64,000 nucleotides of DNA, taken from Gammaproteobacteria bacterium. Lineage in GTDB: Bacteria; Pseudomonadota; Gammaproteobacteria; Berkiellales; Berkiellaceae. Below are positions 1 through 9,981 of this stretch, in pieces; the first letter of the stretch is position 1; each line of letters opens with the position of its first letter. The stretch covers positions 3,159 through 67,158 of the forward strand of contig JACPOY010000004.1 of NCBI GenBank assembly GCA_016191245.1, in the 5' to 3' direction. The notes under the pieces are model-generated. The model searched no databases, had not been told where the DNA came from, and worked only from the letters and a program-made list of their open reading frames with translations. A program made the translations under genes and the position numbers.

Positions 1-1
1 T

Positions 2-259
2 GTTTACAACTTTATACAATTAGCTGTACGAAAAGGGAAGCTAGATCGTATACCCTTATTATTTTGCGGTAAAACAAATCTTGAGGACATTAGAGATATT
101 GCCCAGCTTGTAGATGAAGGTATTATTATTCTGCCTAAATATTTGCCTCCACAAATAAAAGATCTAAATGCCATCACAGCATGGATGTGTTTTGCGAACT
201 TCCTCAATCAACTCAGCTTAAGCAAAATTGAAAGTGACTATGCTTATTTATTGAGTTAA
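2..259 (+). CDS. 3' end of an unidentified CDS entering from the window edge
   Basis: Open frame from position 2 (VYNFIQLAVRKGKLDRIPLLFCGK...DYAYLLS) ending at TAA 257-259, convergent with the next gene; translated by hand, not in the ORF track. Confidence 0.45.
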   Translation, partial: VYNFIQLAVRKGKLDRIPLLFCGKTNLEDIRDIAQLVDEGIIILPKYLPPQIKDLNAITAWMCFANFLNQLSLSKIESDYAYLLS

Positions 260-264
260 CCCAA

Positions 265-477
265 CTAATCCATATCCTCTATCTCATCGGTTGAATTCGA
301 TATATTTTGATTAACTGGAAGTGAAGTTGAAGTTTCTGTTTGTGGACTGGATACTGAATGAGCCGTAGAATTTTGTTGGGTTGGATCTTGTTCGCTTTTG
401 TTTTCTTCAGCTACTACCTGGAAAACACCACAAATAAAGGTTACTAGCACTAATGTATTAATGATGACTTTTTTCAT
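265..477 (-). CDS. Small secreted hypothetical protein (70 aa)
   Basis: AAGGAGG RBS; Sec-type signal peptide (MKKVIINTLVLVTFICGVFQVVA); Ser/Thr/Gln-rich mature part. Confidence 0.7.
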   Translation of the reverse strand: MKKVIINTLVLVTFICGVFQVVAEENKSEQDPTQQNSTAHSVSSPQTETSTSLPVNQNISNSTDEIEDMD

Positions 478-561
478 ATTATCCTCCTTGTCATAAGTAA
501 TAAAAAAACCCTATATAATAATCAATTAACTATATAGGGTTTGCAATATCATCTTTGATAA

Positions 562-1005
562 TTATCTAGAATATTCATCCAGATTCATTTTACTACCACT
601 ATTATCATCAGGAACGCGTGGTTCTGCTTCCATCACTTTACCATGGCCATCGTGATTGTGATGATGACGTTTATGCTGGTGCTTTTTAGACGATTTCTTT
701 TGTTTCTTTGCAGGCTCTTTACCTTTAGCAGCCTTGTCGTCTTTTACTTCTTTTTCCTTTGCCGCTTCCTCTTCTTTAGCTTGCTTTTCTTTTGCCGCCT
801 CCTCTTCTTTAGCTTGCTTTTCTTTTGCCGCTTTTTCTTTAGCTACTTTTTCTTTAGCTACTTTTTCTTCATGAGCTGCTTTATTTTCCATTTCCTTTTG
901 AGCAGTTTTTTCTTTTAGTGTTTGCGCATCATCTGTGGCCAAACAATTCACTGAAATACTTAAGGAACCTACAATTATCAACGATTTTAATAATGTATTG
1001 TGCAT
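562..1005 (-). CDS. Secreted low-complexity Lys/Glu/Ala-rich protein with a His-rich patch
   Basis: Start taken at MHNTLL after GGAGG (ORF track starts at 1017); signal-like N-terminus; AKEKQAKEEE repeats; HQHKRHHHNHDGH near the C-terminus. Confidence 0.7.
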   Translation of the reverse strand: MHNTLLKSLIIVGSLSISVNCLATDDAQTLKEKTAQKEMENKAAHEEKVAKEKVAKEKAAKEKQAKEEEAAKEKQAKEEEAAKEKEVKDDKAAKGKEPAKKQKKSSKKHQHKRHHHNHDGHGKVMEAEPRVPDDNSGSKMNLDEYSR

Positions 1006-1149
1006 CGCATCCTCCATTTGCTAAAAATATAAACAGTTTTTCTTATATAAAAATACCTAAAATATGGTACTAATCATAAAAACAAGAAAATCTTTTCAAA
1101 TTATAGTTGAGAGTATGCTTTTAAGGTAAATAGTTAACCCATTATTTAT

Positions 1150-1174
1150 CCTGGGATCAGCAAGGGATCCCAGG
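1150..1174. other. Inverted repeat (hairpin) downstream of the copA-like gene
   Basis: CCTGGGATC-N7-GATCCCAGG; no clear U-tract. Confidence 0.5.
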
Positions 1175-1182
1175 CATGAACA

Positions 1183-4029
1183 TTAATGGACTATTGTGTT
1201 TCTTTTACCGGCATCTTCCATTTTAATTTGAATAGGATTACGTGACGAATGATTAAACTTTGAAGGTGAAGATGGAGGAGACTTACGATAATTTGGTTGA
1301 GCAGGTAGAGAACCATTGGATGACTTCTTTGGAGACTGACTAGTAAGGCTAGGCATTTCCTTATCTGCTGATTTTTTATCTAGATGCTGAGGGCTAAAAG
1401 TAAACACCATTTCCAATGCCTGGAATAAACCTCTAAATGAAAACATGTGCAATAGTTTTGCAAAAAATGTAGCGGGCTCGGTAATAGATTTTTCATATAC
1501 CCCCACCGCGTAATCAATATTATAAGTAAGACGCATAGAGTTTAAAACAACAAAAATTGAAGATAATCCCATGCTAATGCTTGCAATAACAGGATTAAGA
1601 ACAAACCCAAATAAGGGATATAATAGTCCTGTTGCCGCAGTGAGACTTAACAAATTATAAAACCCTGTCCAATAAAGATTCTGATGTATATTTTTCATGG
1701 TTTCTTCAGCAATGATTAAACCAGGAATAAAATTAAGTTTTTGAGTTGCAACATGTGCTGCAGAAGAAGCATGTGTCCATGAACCTACCGCAATAGAAAG
1801 ATCTGCTGCTTTCATCGCCTCTAAATCATTTATGCCATCCCCTACCATAGCCACAATTCTATTTTTCTTTTTTAAGTTTTCGATAAATTGCTTCTTCTGC
1901 TGTGAATTAAATTCAGCATTGACTTTTTTAATTCCTAACAGCTTTGCAACAGCATTGGCTGGCTCCTTTTTATCACCTGTAAGCATGATGACTTCAATAT
2001 TTCTCGCTTGCAAATCTTGCACTGTTTTCTTTGCATCGGGGCATAAATTATGTTTTAAACTAGCCACTGCGACACATTCGCCATCAATGGCGACATATAT
2101 CGATGTTAAGCCTTTTTCAGAATTTTGATTTTCTTTTACTTTGTAATGTTCCGGTATATCAATTCCATTTGATTCAAGATGAGATAAATTACCTACTAGT
2201 ACTTCTAAATTATTCACTTTTCCTGAAACACCTTGTTCTGCTTTCATCGCATCAACACAAGGAATTAATTCTTTATAAACTCCTTCTTTCATTAATGATT
2301 TTGCAATAGGGTGGTCAAATCCTTTTTCAAGACTTGCTACATATTGCATGATTGTTGCTTTATCCCAGTCTCCGGCATTTTCACCAATATAAACATCCCT
2401 AACTTCTGGCTTAGTCAGCGTTCCCGTTTTATCAAATACTACCGTATCAATTGTTGATGCCACTTCAATTGCTGAAGCATCTTTTACTAGAATTTTTTCA
2501 ATCGAAAACATAAAAGTACTAATAGCTGTTGAAATGGGGGTCGCTAATCCTAATGCGCAAGGACATGCACATAGCAAGACAGACATTGCGCTTTTTATCA
2601 TCCATGGCAAAGCGGGAACTGGACCAAAAACAAACCAACCAGCAGCAGATAAAACAGACACAGCTACGATACTAGGCACAAAAACAACTGCTAGTCTATC
2701 AACTAATTTTGATATTGAAGGTTTGGATGCGCTCGATTTATCTACATCGGCTATTACACGAGTCAAATAACCTTCTGGGCCATTTTTAGTTGCTCGAAAA
2801 AGAATCGTATGTTTCTTATTCCAACTACCACTAAAAACTTCATCTCCTTTTCTTTTTTCGCAATCTCCTGATTCTCCAGTCAACGTTGCTTGATCCATCA
2901 TTGTCTTCGTATCACTAACAATAATCCCTTCTACGGGCACGCGTTCATCGCGACGGACTTGGATAATATCGCCTTCTTTAATTTTCAAATAAGGAATTTC
3001 AACAAAATCTTCATTTCTTAATGTATTCAAGTCACGTTTTTTATGTTCATTTTTGAGAACCAATGCCGTCTGAGGTTGTAAATCAATATATACTTGGGCT
3101 AAATTTTGCACTTTACTTTTTGATTGTTCTTGAGCATTTGCTCTAATGCCTTTGCCAAGGTTTATAATTCCTAGAATCATATTAATTGCTAAGAAATGGT
3201 ATGAGAGTGCAGCAACGGGAAACAACATTGGCGCTATTACTAATAGCATGGAATATAACCAGGCACTACCCGTACCCAAAGCAATGAGAGTATTCATATT
3301 AGAAGAACGGTTTTGTCTAAATTCTCTCCATGCATCCGTAAAAAACTCTTTCCCGGTTTGCCACATCACACCAAACGTAACACCACCGATGAACAATCCA
3401 ATTAGCTGGCCTGACAAAGTTAGAGGTAATGGAATAAAACCACTAAATAAAATTAAAGCGACCCCTACTAATGCATTAATTAATGATCGACGAAGATACT
3501 GAGCAGGTTCGTCTTTGGTTCTCTCTTCTTTTATTAAGGGTTGTATCTGTTTAGCTGTCACCTTATGATCTTTGACAGCCGCATGTATGTCACGTTTTAA
3601 CCGTAATACTAATGCTCTTGTAGCGTTTTTATCATCAGGACAAAAGGTAGTAACAATAGCCGTATGAGTAGAGTAGTTTACAGTACAAGACTTTACATCT
3701 TCTTTATTAGCATTGAGTGCTTCAGTGATTAGTTTCACATCATGAATTGAGGACATACCTGAAATTGAAAATACCAATCTTTTTTCATTATCTGGAGAAA
3801 TCCAAGAGGCTGAAAATTTATCTGGATTAACATCTTTAATCAGTTGAGCAACCGTATAAGCATCGGTGCTTTGATCAACGACAATTCTTGCACGGCCAGT
3901 TACTAAATTAATCGTTATTTCTTTAATACATTTTTCATATTGTAGATTGGTCTCGATCAGAAGCGGGCAAGATTGACAGTGCATCCCATGAATATCAAAA
4001 TAAAGCACTTTATCTTTATTGTTCGACAT
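1183..4029 (-). CDS. copA: Cu(I)-type P1B ATPase (CopA-like)
   Basis: GMHCQSC metal-binding domain, TGES, CPC, DKTGT, HP, GDGIND, YN and MxxSS motifs. Confidence 0.9.
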   Translation of the reverse strand: MSNNKDKVLYFDIHGMHCQSCPLLIETNLQYEKCIKEITINLVTGRARIVVDQSTDAYTVAQLIKDVNPDKFSASWISPDNEKRLVFSISGMSSIHDVKLITEALNANKEDVKSCTVNYSTHTAIVTTFCPDDKNATRALVLRLKRDIHAAVKDHKVTAKQIQPLIKEERTKDEPAQYLRRSLINALVGVALILFSGFIPLPLTLSGQLIGLFIGGVTFGVMWQTGKEFFTDAWREFRQNRSSNMNTLIALGTGSAWLYSMLLVIAPMLFPVAALSYHFLAINMILGIINLGKGIRANAQEQSKSKVQNLAQVYIDLQPQTALVLKNEHKKRDLNTLRNEDFVEIPYLKIKEGDIIQVRRDERVPVEGIIVSDTKTMMDQATLTGESGDCEKRKGDEVFSGSWNKKHTILFRATKNGPEGYLTRVIADVDKSSASKPSISKLVDRLAVVFVPSIVAVSVLSAAGWFVFGPVPALPWMIKSAMSVLLCACPCALGLATPISTAISTFMFSIEKILVKDASAIEVASTIDTVVFDKTGTLTKPEVRDVYIGENAGDWDKATIMQYVASLEKGFDHPIAKSLMKEGVYKELIPCVDAMKAEQGVSGKVNNLEVLVGNLSHLESNGIDIPEHYKVKENQNSEKGLTSIYVAIDGECVAVASLKHNLCPDAKKTVQDLQARNIEVIMLTGDKKEPANAVAKLLGIKKVNAEFNSQQKKQFIENLKKKNRIVAMVGDGINDLEAMKAADLSIAVGSWTHASSAAHVATQKLNFIPGLIIAEETMKNIHQNLYWTGFYNLLSLTAATGLLYPLFGFVLNPVIASISMGLSSIFVVLNSMRLTYNIDYAVGVYEKSITEPATFFAKLLHMFSFRGLFQALEMVFTFSPQHLDKKSADKEMPSLTSQSPKKSSNGSLPAQPNYRKSPPSSPSKFNHSSRNPIQIKMEDAGKRNTIVH

Positions 4030-4080
4030 CTCAATTCTCCAGGAAATGAAAACTTAATTATTGTGAAGATCTATCTGATA

Positions 4081-5562
4081 TTACGAAAAAATATCATGCT
4101 CGATCTCTCTAGACGCATCATTGCGTGTTTTTGCCACTTTGTTAAGATAAAGTGACTCATTCCCTGTTAAATAGATACCATCAAATACCGAAGATTCAAA
4201 TTTTTCTATCGATTTGTTGCCTTCTCTTGCTACAGCTATTAAATCTTCTAAATCTAAGTAAATTAGACCGTCTGCGCCAATTTGATCTTTAATTTCATCT
4301 AAGGTTCGATTATGAGCTATCAAATCGTCAGTACTTGGCATATCAATACCATAAATATTTGGATAACAAATAGTAGGAGCGGCTGATGCGAAATAAACCT
4401 TTCGAGCCCCTGCTTTTCTTGCCATTTGAATTATCTCTTTTGATGTTGTACCACGAACAATGGAATCATCCACTAAGAGTACATTTTTGTTCTTAAACTC
4501 TAGCTCAATCACACTCAATTTTTGATTGACGGATTTTTTCCGTATCACTTGCCCTGGCATGATAAATGTTCGACCAATATAGCGATTTTTTACAAAGCCT
4601 TCTCTATATTCGATCCCTAAACTCCTCGCCAATGGGATAGCCGCATTTCGACTCGTTTCAGGGATTGGAATAACGACATCAATATCATCAATTGGCCATG
4701 ATTTACTAATTTTTTCTGCTAATTTTCGACCTATATTCATTCTAACTTTATAAACAGATATTTTATCTATAATTGAATCCGGTCGAGCAAAATATACAAA
4801 CTCAAATAAGCAAGGACTTAATTGAAATTTATCAGCACATTGTTGTCTGTGAATTTGACCACTTCCATCTATAAGAATTGCTTCACCTGGTTGTACGTCA
4901 TCAATAATAGAAAATCCTAAAGAAGTAAGAGCTGCGCTTTCTGAGGCTACCATAACCTCAAGCCCATCTTGGGTTTGTCTTTGACCAAAAATAAGTGGTC
5001 TAATGCCAAAAGGATCTCTAAAAGCTATCACTCCAGCATCAACAACCATTGCAACGACGGCATAACCACCGCGACATCGTTGATGGACACGTGAAACCGC
5101 TTTAAAAATATCTTCATTTGATACTTTTAAATGAGAAAGTTGTTGTAATTCATGAGCAAAAACATTCAATATTACTTCTGAATCGGAAGATGTATTAATA
5201 TGTCGCAAATCATCATGATAAAGTTCATTTTGCAGAATATCAGCATTAGTTAAATTACCGTTATGGGCTAACACAATGCCATACGGGGAATTGACATAAA
5301 ATGGTTGTGCTTCTGATTCACTTGATGTCCCTGCCGTTGGATAACGAACATGACCAATACCCATTCTACCCTTCAAATGATGCATATCCTTTGGACTGAA
5401 AACGTCTTTAACTAGTCCATTTCCTTTACGCAAAGAAAAATGTTTATTCTCACAAGTCACCATCCCAGCTGCATCTTGACCACGATGCTGTAATACAGTA
5501 AGCGCATCAAATATGGTTTGGTTTACATCTTTGGTTGAAACAATACCAACTACACCGCACAT
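4081..5562 (-). CDS. purF: Amidophosphoribosyltransferase
   Basis: N-terminal [30 protein letters not shown]. Confidence 0.98.
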   Translation of the reverse strand: MCGVVGIVSTKDVNQTIFDALTVLQHRGQDAAGMVTCENKHFSLRKGNGLVKDVFSPKDMHHLKGRMGIGHVRYPTAGTSSESEAQPFYVNSPYGIVLAHNGNLTNADILQNELYHDDLRHINTSSDSEVILNVFAHELQQLSHLKVSNEDIFKAVSRVHQRCRGGYAVVAMVVDAGVIAFRDPFGIRPLIFGQRQTQDGLEVMVASESAALTSLGFSIIDDVQPGEAILIDGSGQIHRQQCADKFQLSPCLFEFVYFARPDSIIDKISVYKVRMNIGRKLAEKISKSWPIDDIDVVIPIPETSRNAAIPLARSLGIEYREGFVKNRYIGRTFIMPGQVIRKKSVNQKLSVIELEFKNKNVLLVDDSIVRGTTSKEIIQMARKAGARKVYFASAAPTICYPNIYGIDMPSTDDLIAHNRTLDEIKDQIGADGLIYLDLEDLIAVAREGNKSIEKFESSVFDGIYLTGNESLYLNKVAKTRNDASREIEHDIFS

Positions 5563-5565
5563 TTT

Positions 5566-6102
5566 TTAAGACCCTTTTTTAACCAGACCTGTCTCTGACT
5601 CTTGTGAAAAGTGGAATACTTTTGCATTTTCGTCAGGCAACCTATCTTTTATCCAAATTGCTAACACTTCAAATTTACCAATAGCATAAGATTCATTCCA
5701 CCAATCTTCTTCCGGAAAAGGGGTAAGTCCTGCTATTAATATTAAAATTGTTACAAAAAAGCCACCTCTTAGAACTCCAAAAATAGAGCCAAGAACTCTG
5801 TCAGGAACACTAAATGGTGTTTTTCTTATTAAACCACCAATCACATAATTGATAATCGCACCCACAAATACTATACCAACAAAAATTAGCAAAAAGGATG
5901 TTAAATTTTTAACTAAAGCTATTTTAGTGAAAGTGATATGTTCCGCTAAAGGACTTGCATATAAAGCAGCCATACAAATAGCGAATACCCATGTCACTAA
6001 AGAAATCAATTCTTTCACAAAGCCACGGACAATACCTATTAAAATGGAGAGAAAAACTATGCCAGCTATTAATAGATCTGGTGTACTAATGCTTAATGAC
6101 AT
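5566..6102 (-). CDS. cvpA: CvpA family membrane protein
   Basis: RGFVKELISL and DRVLGSIFGVLRG motifs; lies between dedD and purF. Confidence 0.93.
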   Translation of the reverse strand: MSLSISTPDLLIAGIVFLSILIGIVRGFVKELISLVTWVFAICMAALYASPLAEHITFTKIALVKNLTSFLLIFVGIVFVGAIINYVIGGLIRKTPFSVPDRVLGSIFGVLRGGFFVTILILIAGLTPFPEEDWWNESYAIGKFEVLAIWIKDRLPDENAKVFHFSQESETGLVKKGS

Positions 6103-6118
6103 TTCATTACCTCATTAA

Positions 6119-7564
6119 TCATGGCTCAACGTTATACCTAACAATGATACCTTTTAAATTAAATTTTGCTTGTAAGCTTGCAACTAATTTTGCAGCATCT
6201 TCTTTACGAACAACAGGGCCCACAAAAACAACAGTGAGCGTTCTATCATCATCATCAGTTTTGCGAGAATATGCTGGCATTCCAAGCGCCCGTAATTTTC
6301 TCATTAAAGCGCTTGAATTTCCTGGATCGGCAAAAGTTCCAAGTTGCACCGCCCATCCACCTTGTGAAGAAAACATAGGGCGTTTTTCAACTTTGTGCTG
6401 CTTTGATTTACCTTTTACAACCGATTTAGCTTTATCTTTTTTATTCTCAGTCAGCTGAGGTTCGGGTTGCTCTACTTTAGCAACTTGAGTTTCGTGAGCT
6501 GCTTTTTTTTCTGCAGCTTTGGCTTCTGCTGCGGCTTCAGCTTCGTGCGCCTTTTGTTCTGCTTTAGCTTGTTCTGCTTTAGCTTGTTCTGCTTTAGCTT
6601 GTGCAGCTTTCGCTTGTGCTGCTTTCTCTTGTTCTGCTTTCGCTTGTGCAGCTTTCGCTTGTTCTGCTTTCGCTTGTTCTGCTTTCGCTTGTTCTGCTTT
6701 CGCTTGTTCTGCTTTCGCTTGTGCAGCTTTCGCTTGTTCTGCTTTCGCTTGTGCAGCTTTCGCTTGTTCTACTTTCGCTTGTTCTACTTTAGCTTGTTCT
6801 GCTTTCGCTTCTTGCGCTAGCTTTACTTCTTCAGCGGCTTTGGCTTCCCTTGCTGCTTTTTCTTGTGCTAGCTTTGCTTCTTTTAAAGCTTTTGCTTCTT
6901 GCGCTTTAGCTTCTTTTATGGCTTTCTCTTGGGCTAATTTTGCTTCTTGGGCTTCTTTTGCTGCTTTGATTTGGGCTGCCTTGGCTTCTTGGACTGCTTT
7001 TTCTTGCGCTATTTTTACCTCTTCTGCTGCTTTAACTTCTGCTATCTTGGTGGCTTCCCTTTCTGCTTCTTCTTGCGCCAGTTTTGCTTCTTTAGTTTTG
7101 GCTTCTTGAGCTATTTTTGCTTCTTCGGCAGCTTTAGCTGCCTCAGCTATTTTAGATTCTTGCGCTGCATTGGCTTCTAACGTCGCCTTCAATTCAGCTG
7201 CTTTTGTTTCAATTGATGATTTAGCCTCTTCTAAAGGTTTTGATATTTCAAATTCCTCAACAGATGCAGAATGATTCAATTCAGCCGCATTCACAACAAT
7301 TTCTACTTCTTTCTCAGGAGGTAATTCAGTAACTTGCTGCTTTGCACCCTTATTATTTTTATTTTCAACCTCTGGTTGATTAAGCTGTGCTAAAACGGCT
7401 GGCGTTTTGTCCTGATTAACCGATTTTTCATCTGGATGCTTTGGAATATCTTTAGCCAAATGCATCTTTGGTTTATGAGAAGTATTGAATATCATTGGAA
7501 TAAATATTACAGCTAAGGCAATGACGACAACGAGTCCAAAGATTTTTTCTTTTAACTTTTCCAT
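6119..7564 (-). CDS. dedD: DedD-like SPOR-domain cell division protein with an expanded Ala-rich linker
   Basis: N-terminal TM (GLVVVIALAVIFIP), C-terminal SPOR domain (WAVQLGTF...VFVGP); folC-dedD-cvpA synteny. Confidence 0.85.
   Translation of the reverse strand: MEKLKEKIFGLVVVIALAVIFIPMIFNTSHKPKMHLAKDIPKHPDEKSVNQDKTPAVLAQLNQPEVENKNNKGAKQQVTELPPEKEVEIVVNAAELNHSASVEEFEISKPLEEAKSSIETKAAELKATLEANAAQESKIAEAAKAAEEAKIAQEAKTKEAKLAQEEAEREATKIAEVKAAEEVKIAQEKAVQEAKAAQIKAAKEAQEAKLAQEKAIKEAKAQEAKALKEAKLAQEKAAREAKAAEEVKLAQEAKAEQAKVEQAKVEQAKAAQAKAEQAKAAQAKAEQAKAEQAKAEQAKAEQAKAAQAKAEQEKAAQAKAAQAKAEQAKAEQAKAEQKAHEAEAAAEAKAAEKKAAHETQVAKVEQPEPQLTENKKDKAKSVVKGKSKQHKVEKRPMFSSQGGWAVQLGTFADPGNSSALMRKLRALGMPAYSRKTDDDDRTLTVVFVGPVVRKEDAAKLVASLQAKFNLKGIIVRYNVEP
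6554..6809. repeat. 15-bp tandem repeat (~17 units) encoding (A/V)(E/A)QAK in dedD
   Basis: GTTCTGCTTT(C/A)GCTT-type units repeated head to tail. Confidence 0.95.
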
Positions 7565-8904
7565 GTCACACCACTTATTGCAAAAGAATTTGCATCACTT
7601 GGCCTTGAATCAACTTTATATAATCCATTATTTTGAAACTCTCTCTCAAATGATGATAATGACTCCATCACTTCAGAGACTGCATAAAAAGAACCAAAGA
7701 CAACAACAATATCTTCAGCTTGAACCATTTCCATTGTGCTATGAAATGCCTTAGTAATTGTAGGAAAGGCACAAACTTCACTAACTTTATTTTGTGTCAA
7801 TGTTTTACAAAGGCTTTCTTTTGTTGCAGCCCGGGTTTGGCAAATTGCACCAACACACCAAACATCAACTATTTCTTTCAAAGGTTCAATTATTCCTGAT
7901 AAATCTTTATCTGCTAAACTAGACCATACTGCATATATTTTCCCTTGGCAGAAAAGGCTTTTGACTTTACTCGCTAACCATTTTGCTCCTTGCGGATTAT
8001 GAGCCACATCAAAAATGATCAGTGTCTTGTTTACAATTACTTGTTCAAATCTGCCTTTCATCATGATTTTTTCAAGATCTGGCGCAATCATATTAAGCTC
8101 TGCTAATGAAAAAAATCGTTCACCCAAAATAGTATAAGCAGCCATTGCCAATGACACACTATTTGGTGGCAAATAAATATTTGTTAGTTTAACAACTTTT
8201 TCACCAAAGCGCCATTCATCGTTGTTATACTCAAAATCTTTAGCTTCCACATAAAGTGTATTATGCAAAGTTTCTGTCTGCTCCAATAAAGAAGCCATTT
8301 GAGCTTCATGGCTTAATATAACAGGGATCCCCTCGCGTAAAATACCTGCTTTTTCATATGCAATACTATCTAGCGTCTGACCAAGATATTCCTGATGGTC
8401 ATAACCAATTGACGTTATTATCGCTAAATCGGGATTAATGACATTAACAGCGTCTTGTCGACCGCCTAATCCTACTTCTAAAATGATGATATCCAATCCA
8501 AGCTTGTGCTTTTGAAAAATACTAAAAGCCGCTAAAGTAGTAAACTCAAAGAATGTGAGTTGTGTTTTCTCACGCAAAACTTCAATTTGTGTAAATGCTT
8601 CGCATAATTGCTCATCTTGCAAACACTGACCATTAATTTGTATTCTTTCGCTAAAATGATATAAATGAGGAGAAGTATAAGTTCCTACTCGCTTACCTGC
8701 CGCAAGTAATAATTTTGCCAATGTTGCGACCGTAGATCCTTTGCCATTTGTTCCTGCCACTGTTACAACTGGTACAGTAAAATTCAGTAAGCTTCCACGC
8801 GATCCAACTTCTGTTATACGGTTTAACCCTAGATCTATTGTTTTAGGATGAGCTTGCTCAATATATTCTAACCATTGTTGAAGTGAAGCTCTCTTCGTAT
8901 CCAT
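7552..8904 (-). CDS. folC: Bifunctional folylpolyglutamate/dihydrofolate synthase
   Basis: GTNGKGST, YTSPHL, LEVGLGGR, DVAHNP. Confidence 0.96.
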   Translation of the reverse strand: MDTKRASLQQWLEYIEQAHPKTIDLGLNRITEVGSRGSLLNFTVPVVTVAGTNGKGSTVATLAKLLLAAGKRVGTYTSPHLYHFSERIQINGQCLQDEQLCEAFTQIEVLREKTQLTFFEFTTLAAFSIFQKHKLGLDIIILEVGLGGRQDAVNVINPDLAIITSIGYDHQEYLGQTLDSIAYEKAGILREGIPVILSHEAQMASLLEQTETLHNTLYVEAKDFEYNNDEWRFGEKVVKLTNIYLPPNSVSLAMAAYTILGERFFSLAELNMIAPDLEKIMMKGRFEQVIVNKTLIIFDVAHNPQGAKWLASKVKSLFCQGKIYAVWSSLADKDLSGIIEPLKEIVDVWCVGAICQTRAATKESLCKTLTQNKVSEVCAFPTITKAFHSTMEMVQAEDIVVVFGSFYAVSEVMESLSSFEREFQNNGLYKVDSRPSDANSFAISGVTWKS

Positions 8905-9807
8905 TTATTTATGATTTAACTCATTCAACGAAACCACAGAGATATCTTCCGGTTGCTTTAAATGCATTAATTTTGAAATAATGCAGGCAATTTCAGCACG
9001 CATATTTCTTCTATCAACAATCATATCTATCGCCCCATGCTCTAACAAAAATTCACTTCTTTGAAATCCTTCTGGCAACGTTTGTCTCACTGTTTGTTCA
9101 ATGACACGAGGACCTGCAAAGCCAATAAGTGCTTTTGGTTCAGCAATATTAATATCTCCAAGCATAGCAAGACTTGCAGATACTCCCCCCATACAAGGAT
9201 CGAGCATAACAGAAATATAAGGTAATTTTGCCTGTGCTAATTTGGTTAATGCTGCACTCGTTTTCGCCATCTGCATTAATGAAAATAAAGATTCTTGCAT
9301 TCTCGCGCCACCACTGGTTGAAAAACAAATGAAAGGAACCCGTGATGCAATGGCTGCGTCTATTCCCATAATAAAGCGCTTTCCAACGACTCTTCCCATA
9401 GAGCCACCGATAAAACTAAATTCAAAAAATCCAGCGACAAGTGGGATCCCATGCAAAGTTCCTTTCATCACAACGAAGGCATCCTTTTCGCCTGTTTCCT
9501 TTTGGGCTTGAGACAATCTGTCTCGATATTTTTTTGTATCTTTGAATTTAAGTTTATCTTGAGGTTCAATATTCGTTCCAATTTCTTCTCGAATATCTTT
9601 ATCTAAAAATTGATCCAATCTCGTGCGTGCGCTAATTCGATTGTGGTAATCACATTTTGGGCAGACGTCTAAATTACGTTCTAATTCTGCTCTAAATAGA
9701 ACTGCGCCGCAGGCTAAACATTTCGTCCACAAACCTTCTGGTATAGATTTCTTTTTATTCTCATTCGTGCGAATTTTGGATGGTAGTAATTTTTTAAACC
9801 AACTCAT
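8905..9807 (-). CDS. accD: Acetyl-CoA carboxylase carboxyltransferase beta subunit
   Basis: Start at MSWFKK (ORF track starts at 9828); zinc finger CxxC...Cxx[25 protein letters not shown]. Confidence 0.97.
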   Translation of the reverse strand: MSWFKKLLPSKIRTNENKKKSIPEGLWTKCLACGAVLFRAELERNLDVCPKCDYHNRISARTRLDQFLDKDIREEIGTNIEPQDKLKFKDTKKYRDRLSQAQKETGEKDAFVVMKGTLHGIPLVAGFFEFSFIGGSMGRVVGKRFIMGIDAAIASRVPFICFSTSGGARMQESLFSLMQMAKTSAALTKLAQAKLPYISVMLDPCMGGVSASLAMLGDINIAEPKALIGFAGPRVIEQTVRQTLPEGFQRSEFLLEHGAIDMIVDRRNMRAEIACIISKLMHLKQPEDISVVSLNELNHK

Positions 9808-9981
9808 ATTATGGATTATCCTACGCAAAAAACTTCGTTATTATACCCTCTAACATTTATCCATATAAGTTTATTATCAAAAACAAACACAGATTAAGAT
9901 AAAAAGTTAGTTAAATCATCCATTAAGAGCCAGATTGCACTTTAACGAGACTTTTAACTTAAGTCAATGATTTAATTAGGA

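Noticed and set aside
4-207. 67-aa minus-strand ORF
   Set aside because: Overlaps a longer, more protein-like plus-strand frame and has no motif
643-918. Phe-rich 91-aa plus-strand ORF
   Set aside because: Antisense shadow of the Lys/Glu repeat gene
6467-7180. Cys/Phe/Ala-rich plus-strand ORFs
   Set aside because: Antisense shadows of the dedD 15-bp repeat
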